This document shows, piece after piece, positions 22,949-33,300 of a stretch of 47,253 bases of DNA; positions within the stretch are counted from its first letter, which is position 1, and every line of letters starts with the position of its first letter. The DNA is from Eremomyces bilateralis CBS 781.70 (Eukaryota). The notes below the pieces were generated by a model, which made no database searches, was not told the origin of the DNA, and saw only the letters and a list, made by a program, of their open reading frames with translations. The position numbers and the translations under genes are program-made. Location of the stretch: the NCBI GenBank assembly GCA_010015585.1, contig ML975161.1. One strand, given 5' to 3'.

Positions 22949-25900
22949 ATGGGATTCCACGAGCAGAGCGGTTCGGGGTACAGTGCCACCGAGGCGAGGA
23001 AGGCGACGGAACAGGTCGAGACGCCGAAACTCCAGAATACGCTCCCGAATGGAGACAGCAAGAGAAAGCGGATTGTCGTGGTTGGGCTGGGAATGGTTGG
23101 CATTGCCTTCATGTTAGTACCGAACTTGCTCAACCCTCATGATGTGGTGTGAAAGCCCTGACAACTTTTGCTCTCTAGCGAAAAGATCATGAAGCTGGAT
23201 GCGAGACGCCGCGAATACGATATAGTCGTCATCGGCGACGAGCCTCATTTGGCATACAATCGCGTTGGCTTGACATCATTCTTCCAGCATCGTGTGGTTG
23301 AGAACCTATATCTTAATTCCAAAGAATGGGTGGGTTGATATAGTATCCCAATCAGGAATGGCCATTAACATCGAGCGTTGCAGTATTCATCGATGCCCGA
23401 GGGCTCGCTCACATACCATCTCAACACACTGGTGACATCCATCGACTCCGCCAATAAAACAGTGACCACTGCCTTGGGGCAGACGGTTGATTACGATATC
23501 CTCGTTCTGGCTACCGGATCCAACGCTGTCCTGCCAAAACATACCCCTGGTCATGACGCAAAGGGAGTATTCGTGTATCGGACAATAGGAGATCTTCAAG
23601 ACCTGATATCTTTTTCCGCAACGAAAAAGGGTACAGTCGGTGCTGTGGTTGGAGGTGGGTTGTTGGGTCTGGAGGCTGCAAAGGCTATGATCGACTTGGG
23701 CGAGTTCAACAAGGTCAAGCTCGTCGAGAGAAACCGTTGGGTCCTGTCGCGTCAGCTAGACAGCGAGGCTGGCTCAATGGTTGTCGAACAGGTGAGGAAA
23801 TTGGGGCTTGATGTGCTGTTAAGCAAGCGAGTGGGTCGGATTGAGACCGATGAGGAGCATAACGTCACCGGGGTGACGTTTGAGGATGGGGAGAAGATGG
23901 ATTGCTCCTGCGTATGCTTCGCTGTAAGTTCTGGCTTTGAACTATTGACCGAATTCCCCTAGCTCACTATCAGCTTAGATTGGTGTCCGACCACGCGATG
24001 GTCTAGCCCAGAAATCCGGCATTCGCTGCACTGACCGCGGAGGCGGAATCGTTGTCCACCCCGATCTTTCAACCTCTGTTCCCGATATCTATGCCATTGG
24101 CGAATGCGCCTCATGGGAGAACCAGACGTTCGGATTAATCGCCCCTGGCGTTGAAATGGCCGATGTCCTCGCATTCAACCTCACTCAAGCCAAAGCGCAC
24201 GCGCCTCGCGCCTTCAAGCGACCGGATCTATCGACGAAGCTGAAACTGCTCGGCGTCGAGGTCGCAAGTTTTGGAGATTTCTTCGCCGACCGCGATGGAC
24301 CTAAAGAACTCCCAAAGAAGCACGGAGCGAGCAAAGTTGTCAGAGAAGGTGTCATTGACGCGAAAGATCGCGTGAAGTCTCTTACAGAAGGTCCACCGCC
24401 ACCTCCCGTCAAGGCGGTGACCTACAAGGATCCTTTCCAGCAAGTGTACAAAAAGTACCTCTTCACCGTTGATGGCAAATACCTTCTTGGAGGGATGATG
24501 ATCGGCGACACCAGCGATTACGTGAGATTGGTTCCGTTCGTGAAGAACCAGAAACTGCTCGAGGTACCTCCAAGCGAATTCATCCTTGGAAAGAAAGGCG
24601 ACGAGGACGCGGATGACTTGTAAGTTTGAGTTCGGGACCTCGAGAACTAGAAGAGAACTAACGATGCACTGGCCGGATGACACCCAAATATGTTCTTGTC
24701 ATAACGTCACCAAAGGAGACGTCGTGAAGGTGGTCAAAGATGGTACGTGCAAGAGCATCGGAGACGTGAAGGCATGCACCAAGGCAGGAACGGGATGCGG
24801 TGGATGCATGCCACTCGTCCAGACCATCTTCAACAAGACAATGGAATCCATGGGCCAGGAAGTTAAGAACCATCTCTGCCCACATTTTGAATACTCACGC
24901 GCGGATCTTTTCAACATCATCTTTGTCAAGCAGCTTCAGAACTTCGAAGACATCATGAAACATTGTGGGAAGGAGCCGGACTCTCTCGGTTGCGAAGCTT
25001 GCAAACCGACCATCGGCTCCATCATTGCGAGCTTGTTCAACAAGCACCTTTTGGACGACCGACGTCGGGGCCTACAGGAAACCAACGATCGGTTCCTGGC
25101 CAACATTCAGCGCAACGGAACCTTCTCTGTTGTCCCTCGGCTCGCGGGAGGCGAGATCACCCCCGATAAGCTCATCATCATCGGAACCGTCGCGAAGAAA
25201 TATGGATTATACACGAAGATTACCGGAGGACAGCGGATAGATATGTTCGGGGCGAGGAAACAAGATCTTGTCGATATCTGGACCGAGTTAATCGATGGTG
25301 GGATGGAATCAGGGCACGCGTATGCCAAATCTCTTCGAACGGTGAAGTCATGTGTCGGTACGACGTGGTGTCGTTTCGGCATCGGCGACAGCGTCGGCAT
25401 GGCTGTTCGACTCGAGGAGCGTTATAAGAGTGTACGAGCGCCCCATAAACTCAAAGGAGGTGTGTCTGGCTGCGTGCGAGAGTGTGCGGAGGCACAAAAC
25501 AAGGACTTCGGGCTCATTGCCACCGAGAAAGGTTTCAACATCTTCGTTGGCGGGAACGGCGGCGCGAAACCACGGCACTCGGAAATCCTGGCAACCGACG
25601 TTCCTCCAGACGAAGTCATTCCGATCCTCGACCGATACCTTGCATTCTACATCCGCACGGCCGACAAGCTACAAAGAACGGCGAGGTGGATCGAGAACTT
25701 ACCAGGAGGCATCAAGTATCTCCGGGAAGTCATCCTCAGTGACAAGCTCGGTATCTGTGCGGATTTGGAGAAACAAATGGAGGACCTGGTCGCGTCGTAC
25801 TTCTGCGAATGGACCGAAGTGGTCAAAGATCCTAAGCGACGGGAGCTGTTCAAGCAGTTTGCAAACACCGACGAACAACTTCTCGATCCCATCGACCCCG

Positions 25901-26556
25901 TCCAGGACCGGGACCAGCATCGGCCCGCCCATTGGCCCAAAGAATCCGTCACCGAAGACTTCCGCAACCACAAGTGGAGCGACCTGGCATGGCAGCCCCT
26001 CGTTGAGTCGGCCCGCTTCCGAGACACGGCAACGGGAGACTCGGCAGCGGTCAAGCGAGGAGACACCCAGCTCGCCGTGTTCAAGGTCCGAGGGAAATAC
26101 TACTGCACCCAGCAGATGTGCCCTCATAAGCGCGCCTTCGTCCTGTCCGACGGTCTCGTGGGCGAGGATCTCGCGACCAACAAGCTCTGGGTCTCGTGTC
26201 CGTTGCACAAACGCAACTACGACCTGAAGGGCCCGCAGGCTGGCGCGTGCGCAACCGATTCCGCGCTGAATATCGCCACCTTCCCCGTGGAGGAGCGTGA
26301 CGATGGGTGGGTATATGCCAAGCTGCCTCCGGTCGATGAGCTGGACTCTGTGCTTGGGACGGAGAAATGGAAGGTCAGGAAGGAGGAGACCGAGGGCGAT
26401 GGGCAGTTCAAGAAACTGGACGAGCGGCTGAGAGGACTAAAAGGGCGGAAAGGCATCAAAGCAAGCGACTTGGATGGCTGCAATGGCGAAAAGAGGGCGG
26501 CTGCAGCGATCTTGAATGGCGAGCGGCGGGAGGTCGCCGATACATTGGACTTCTGA
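22949..26556 (+). CDS. niiA: Assimilatory NAD(P)H nitrite reductase (about 1126 aa)
   Basis: Exons 22949-23112, 23179-23329, 23384-23923, 23979-24619 and 24672-26556; the last acceptor is non-canonical (see findings). Motifs: [41 protein letters not shown], siroheme/4Fe-4[11 protein letters not shown] and GCVRECAEA, Rieske CPHK..CPLH. Confidence 0.97.
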
Positions 26557-27115
26557 AAGGCAATCTGCGGCGTGAGTATTTAGCGAGTTCTACATTGTAC
26601 AGTAACGGTTTTAGACGAATGACTCAGGGATGACTTTTCCATGAAACTTAATTGCTAATATATAGCAGCTAATTGAAAAACTTCACATTTTGAACCAATG
26701 GCAGAAATTAAAATGTCTCGCATCCAAACCAACCTGTCCCGTCCAAACAAAGAGAAATTGTCAATTTTGTGAAAAATCATCCGAAACGATCTTCACTTCG
26801 CCGCTTTTGTCCGCGGTAACCATCCACTCCCCCAAGCACCGTGATAACGTGGCATCCGGACCTCATCTAAGCGTCCCGGCCATGCCTGCATCCACATCCA
26901 ATCCGTCCAGGAGCAGCCGAAGCCGTCATCCCGAACATTCCTTCAACATTATGAAGAAATAGAAGCGATCCACCCCGCCGGTTCGTGTCGGTACTGTCCT
27001 TCGAAGCAATCAGACTGCGAGGGGTACACGGACGGGAACGATGAGCACGTGGTGGAGAGTATGGGACGAAGCGCTCTGTCGCGAGCGCAATTTGACGTCA
27101 CCTATTGACGGCAGC

Positions 27116-27340
27116 CTAGCGAGAGTGCATGTAGGTGGCAACTGCTTCGGCATGCGTAGCTTTGGCTTGGTTCTCGACGCTCTTCGGGTCTGAAGGCTCG
27201 CCCTGGGTCGATTGCTGCTGAACGGGCTTCGAGTCGGTCTGTCGGGATGACAGAGAATGCAGGATTCGGGAGACCGTCGAGGTGCTTTTGGTGGTCGACT
27301 GGGTCTGGATGGAGGAGGTATCGGAAGCGGGACCAGCCAT
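27116..27340 (-). CDS. Small Ser/Thr-rich hypothetical protein (74 aa)
   Basis: MAGPASDTSSIQTQSTTKSTSTVSRILHSL...KATHAEAVATYMHSR. The start context is GAAATGG and there is a TATAAA on the minus strand at 27517-27512. The pattern (D-T-x-S early, EA-x-A-x-Y at the end) resembles small conserved fungal proteins, from memory only. Confidence 0.65.
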   Translation of the reverse strand: MAGPASDTSSIQTQSTTKSTSTVSRILHSLSSRQTDSKPVQQQSTQGEPSDPKSVENQAKATHAEAVATYMHSR

Positions 27341-28234
27341 TTCAAGTGATGTGTTGAGGGAAATGATAGATATTGGTATATCTCGGTAGTAAGTTGAAAT
27401 TTGAAGTTGAAGAGGAGCTGACTTGTTGCTGAAGCTTTGGCAGTCGAGGACTTGAACTGTTTGAATCTGGAATGATAGAATAAGAGAACAAAGGGAAGGC
27501 GAACTTGTCTCTTTATACTTCATCAACTGGTAAAGTCATAAACTCACATTTGATTTATCATCCTCCGATCAGTAGTCCTTGTACTCCGATGGGCGCGTAT
27601 GTCGACAAGTATTGCGTATACGACGATTGACATCGATTGGTTAGGGCGCGGCAGACGACAGCCACACCACGTCGCGTATGAGAGCATGGGTTGACATGGC
27701 ATACCGTACGGAGTATTCGTATATGAATCGTCGATGATTAGTGGTATTCGTTGGCGATGGCGCAGTTGCTTTCTCGTTATAATGGACATGGTGAAGTCCA
27801 ATGTCGATGCCGGTAAGTGGAAAAGGGCGTGGTGGAGGGTAGCGCTAATCCTATCTAGAACACCGAAAGTGGTCGACAGGGGGGGCGCCGTAGGGCGCAG
27901 GGCGTTTGGTAGGGCGCCTTTTTTTAGTCTTGAGTCATCTCATCTCCTCTGTAATCCATCATGACTAGGTTTTGAATTTTCACCATTAACTAGTTACGCA
28001 AGCCATTAGTTATTGAAGTGCCTCAGTACATGACTGCCTTGACTCCATCTAGTATGAGTCCCTCCGTCTATTGCGTCAGGGGATGATGATCGGTTTTCCT
28101 CTCGTCGCGACACCCTGCCCTTCCACGATGACAAATCTGGACTCCAATCACCGATATGACGATGTCTCCTAGCGGCTGGCATAGTCGGAATACCGTTCTC
28201 TGGCGACTAGCATATCCGTTCGGAGTTCGGACTG

Positions 28235-28537
28235 CTACGGCATGACTGTTTTCGCGGTTTGGGTCTCTTCATGCTGGCAACATGTGGATACTGCTTTGAA
28301 TTGGCAAATGAAAGCGGGATGACTATAAGGAGCCATTTTCTCCCTTCGCGCTGCCTTTGAACTAGTCATGCAAGAAGTATAGCTATCCCCCAGCCATTCC
28401 ACGCCGTGCATTCGACGGAGTACTCCTTTGAACTGACGAATGAAAGGCAAGATCTGGGGTATCCCTAGTCGTTCGGCCCATCTGGACGGCACTCCATCGT
28501 TGTCTGCATTATCGTGGTCTGGAGCCATCGTCTCCAT
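28235..28537 (-). CDS. Small ORF (100 aa) overlapping a degenerate triplication
   Basis: TATATAAAA on the minus strand at 28655-28647, ATG in TCAATGG context, and internal repeats PFIRQFKGV / AFICQFKAV. Confidence 0.3.
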   Translation of the reverse strand: METMAPDHDNADNDGVPSRWAERLGIPQILPFIRQFKGVLRRMHGVEWLGDSYTSCMTSSKAARREKMAPYSHPAFICQFKAVSTCCQHEETQTAKTVMP

Positions 28538-29593
28538 TGATGATGACTACACAGATTCTGATTAAACCGACTCTTCTTGCACCTGCTCTCAAATAATCCG
28601 AGGCAGCAAACAGGGGATCTGAACTGTGCAGTAGAGCTAGGAAAGCTTTTATATAACAAGACTCAGGAAGGGGGATTGTTGAATAGATATCGCGAGCTAG
28701 CCAACGTTCTTCACTATGTCTTTCAATGGTCCTTGTCGCACGTGATGTGCTAAAATGGTTGGGAGTGAGGTGCTGTTGTTACAGCAGCGAAGTTGTTTGT
28801 ATTGTGTGTTGTGTAAGTTGTGTGTAAGTTGTGTGTTCTAGCTGAATGCCTGGTCCCCCGGCCCTACAGATATACGAGAGTCACGGCAAGATTATTAATG
28901 CAGTTTGTAGCCTTGGACTCCTAGAGCTCATGCCTTGGCCTGCGACAGTCCTTTATGGTATACCGTACCGCGCGTAACCTTTCTCCCTGTCCTCGTCGTC
29001 ATCGCTTGTCTGCATTCGCACATTGTCCAGACTGGAGTATATTCTTGCTTGGAGAACAAGAAAATCAATTTCATATAGTACCTGTCTATATCATAGAATC
29101 AATCGAGCTAAACAGAAGCATCCGAGTTCCCTCGGAGGTGGCACACCTGCGCCCATCATGGAGAAGTTGAGATTTTAGTCGAGCCACTTCGAGAAGCGAG
29201 CCTCTGAGCGGCTATTGGTAGATGAAGCATTGCAAGAGCTACGAGTACAGCATAAACAGAACGCCGATAAGGCACATGCAAAGAGAAATCCATTGCAGAG
29301 GCAGGTATCATTAATATGACCAAGTCTTGAGGCCATTCATTGTGTGGGCGGCCATGGGGTCATGTTTGTTCTGCGGGAATATAAATCACAACATCCTCTC
29401 CCCTTCTCACTCTTTACTTAAAACACCATCATTTCTGATTTGAACTCTTCATTTCAGAACAGCCATTACCAAGTCCATAAGCCTTCCATCCTTAAACCTT
29501 CTATCATTCATCATTCCGACGCGCTTCAGCAATCCTCATCTATACCCCTCAGATTCTCCTCCTTCACCAGTCTAGAGCACACCTTTCACCAAC

Positions 29594-29806
29594 ATGAACG
29601 CCGACGGGACGGGCCGCTACGTGGACTCCAACCTTTGGGCCAAGGATCTGGACTCCAAACTTCTTGACATCTTCAACAAGATGCAGCCGCGGAGTTGGGC
29701 CGAAGTTGCAAAGGAGACGAAAGACGCGACTGATGCAGAGGTTGATGGTGACGCCAGCCGCAGGCGGTACTTCAATCTTCTTCAGAAGGGCCAAACGAAG
29801 GATTGA
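29594..29806 (+). CDS. 70-aa Myb/SANT-like helix-turn-helix microprotein
   Basis: TATAAA at 29380-29385, a CT-rich leader and CAACATG context. The sequence W15-AKDLDSKLL...S-W35-AEVA...SRRR-Y59-FNL follows the Myb pattern W-x-x-E-E-D-x-x-L-L...W-x-x-I-A...C-R-x-R-W/Y-x-x-L. Confidence 0.6.
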   Translation: MNADGTGRYVDSNLWAKDLDSKLLDIFNKMQPRSWAEVAKETKDATDAEVDGDASRRRYFNLLQKGQTKD

Positions 29807-30365
29807 GTGCCATTTCAAACACTGGAGACCGTTTGGGTTGTGTGCTTTGGCGCAAAGGAGACACCTTAGGCATGGTGATGGAAAGGCTTCACGGCATTGT
29901 CGCACAATCGACTTTTCCTGACTGTGCCGAGATTAAAGCTCTGCGTGGAAGAAGCTTGATTGGGAAGTGTCGGAGGCTCGAAAAGGATAATACGGGGCTA
30001 CCTGGAAACGGGATTTGCACATCTAGATCCTATCGGTAGTCTCTTGGTCAATATCAAACAAATTCGAGATTAGAGCAATAGGACGGATACAAAAATGTGT
30101 TCAAGGCGTTTGCGATCTCGGCGGAGATCTTTTGACCTAGACCTGGTTAGCGACGGGCAGTATAAGGCAGGTTAGAGCAACGACAGCTTAGACAGTTATA
30201 ATAATGAAGGATTATTACTGCACGACATCTATATTAACCAGTGACCGATCTTGTTGCTCCATCGCATGGTTGATTCTATTAAAGTGTGAAGGCTTTTCAA
30301 ACGCTCAGGTAGATGATGCACAGAACTATCTAAACAAACCCCACCCCAGAATTTTACCCAGAATT

Positions 30366-33300
30366 TTACCGTCCCCGACTCCCCCGTCGCCCACCGAAGA
30401 CCGAGCTGCGATCATTGACCGGCGTGGCCCCTGACCATTCCGCCATCTCAATGCCCAGCGTCCCTTCGAAAAACCTCGCCAACAACCCCTGCACCGCCCG
30501 CTGCAGCTCCATCCCCATCTCCCTCCCCATCAACCCGACCAACAGCGGCGCAAACGTCCGCATATGCCGCTCCAGCTCCGCCGCCGGGAACGCCGCGTAC
30601 CCCTCCACCACGTCCACCACCACCGGCCGCCACGTCACGATATTCCGCTGCTGCGTCTCGTCGTCCAGTGCCGCGAAGCTCTGCACGATGTCCACGCACA
30701 GCGGGATGAGCGCGTGCTCCGTGCTCGCGCGGTTCGCAGCGCGCTCCTCCCCTTCGTCTGCGTACATGCGGAAGAGGATCGACACGTACACGCTGGCGGA
30801 CCCGGACTCCTGCTTTAGCAGGTTCGGCGGCTGCTTCATGAAGCCCTCGCGGAAGAGGCGGCCGCGTAGCTCGCGGTCCTCGTTGAAGCGTTTGGCGAAG
30901 TGGTAGGATTTCTTCAGGACGCCCATGAGGCGGAGGAGCTCGGGGCTTGGGATGCGGGAGTATACGTCATCATTGGTGAAGAGATCGTGCACCGTTTCGA
31001 TCATGAGGAGCTGGAGGACGCATTTGGTGATGATCTGATTGAAGAACCGGCGGCGCGCGGCGGTAACGACGACCGGCGGCTGCTGCACCTCGTTTTCGGG
31101 ACGGAAGTCCTCGAGCTCTTGCTGGATCGGGGTGCGGAGAGTAGGTTGAGGGGAGGCCGGTCGATCGGATATAGACTCTCGCGGTGTATCGTCAACGACA
31201 GAAGAGCGCTCGGATGCATTGGGGAGTCCGTTGATGCCGAGTCCTGAGTCTGTGGAAGTAGGCGTCTGTTCTTCGTGTAACTCGGCAGTGTTCAACGACA
31301 GATCAGGTGTCCCCGAGGTGTCTGCGCTCGGGGTCCTCCCTGTCCGAGTACCATTTACCGCAGATCCAGCGGGTAGCGTCGCGGCCGAGAAAAGTGCGGT
31401 TGCCTCGGTACGGGTAAACAACTCGACGAAGGCATCGACAATCTTGCGCCAATGCTCCGGCGTGAACTTGTTCACGTTCTTGGCCACGAGCTGCTGGAGG
31501 CAATTGCTGCCGATGCGCGCCAGGGTGTCGTTCTCCTGGCAGATGCAGAGCGCGAGCAGATCCAAGAACCGGTCCAGCATGTATTCCAGCGAATCGAAGA
31601 AATGCGTGAAAAGCGCGATCATGTTCCGCAACGCCTGGATCATGGTCGTCGAGAGCCACACGGAGAGCTCTTCGTGGTTAACGACCTTGGACATCTCGGA
31701 CTTGGACTTGAGCACCATGAAGATCGGATATAGCAGTTGCCGCCAGAGGGTATCCCAAAAGTCGGCCGGGAAATCGCCCCCGTATCGAGTGAGGGTCTCG
31801 AACAGGTAGTTCAATGCTCTTGACCGGACCTCTAGATCTTCGCCCGTCATCAAGACGTCGTGGAACGCGAAAAGAACCGGGAACCAAAACTGCTCCTCTT
31901 GCGTCTGACTTGTCAGCGGGACCTTGGGATCTCCATCCTTAGCCGCGTCTTTCCCTCTCGCCGTGCGTTGCGACAGGGGACATTCGGGAGTCTTCAGCAT
32001 TTTCAACACAGATGCTTTGAGTGCCTCGATCGCCTGCAAAGATTTCTTCTGGAACTTCATGTTCTTGGAGAACTGGGTCAGGCAAACGATGAGGTCGGCG
32101 AAGGCGCCTTGCGAGATGACGATACCGAAACGATCGTTATAAATCTTCGTAACGTTGTCGTAGGCCATGTTCACAATGCCCTCTGAAACACATCAGCAAT
32201 CTGCGCGAGGTATCGCAAAGGCGAAGAACTTACCGTAAGGTTCCCGTGCAGCAACGGTAAACACTCCAAACATGGTCCTCCACCCGCTTCGGATATTCTC
32301 TCCTCGCGCCTGGATCATTTGGATCAGGCAGCGCAGCACCATGTCTTTGACCGGAACCACGGTCGAGTTGCCCATGATGTGCTCGAACGGCTTCAAGAAA
32401 TCCTTCTGGAACTTGAACCCCGGCAGCTCCTCGAGCTCTAAGAACTTCATGCTCAGCTGCCGCAGGCTGTCGAGCGCGAAGAACACCACCGAGGTGTTGT
32501 TGTGGCAGCCCACCTGGTTGAAGTGCGCGCCCAGCACCTGCCAGATATTCGTCCACTCGAACCGGACGCGGGTCATGTTGTACGCCGAGATCTCCACGAG
32601 CTTCTGGAGACTGTAGGTGCGAGGGGATTCGCTGAGGCCTGACGATTGGATCTCTTGCCAGCTGACTTGGCACAACGCCCGCACAAAGTACACGATCGCC
32701 TCGCCCGATAGGTTCGCGGTGTTTGTGAAGATTCGGTCCACGCTGCGAATCATGTCCGCTGATCGCGATTCCTCGGCGATATCGGCTTGATAGTGAGGGA
32801 AGCCGCTCTGAGACCGCTGGCGGCCTCGTGGTGGGACGTGCAAGCTCTTTCGAGAGCTCGTTTGTGGCTTCGCCGGCGCCTTTTTCAAAACGTCGGGAAC
32901 CGCGCCTTCGTCGACGCCGGTTGCGATGAGCTGGAACCGGTCGAGCTGAGAGATACAGGTAAGGACGTCCCGCCATGATTCCTTCAGTAAATCCCCTTCC
33001 TGATGTGCCACTTCAAGAAGCGCTTTTAGCGCTTCGACATTCTTCGCCTTCATCTCGCTGAGGTTGTACAAGTTGGTGGACCGACCCAGGGAAGCGACAA
33101 ACGCTTGGCGCGGATCTTCCAAGTCAAAGAAGCAGGCGATCCGAATGGCGAGCTTTTGCCCTTCCATGCACAGCCGGATGGTCTCTAAATTCATTGTCTC
33201 TTGAATATGGCCGGCCAACGCAGTCAAGAAGGACATCCATGTCACCTGGAACATGGGTCGTACGTGCTTGAAGGAGGACGCGGGAATGAACTTCGACCCT

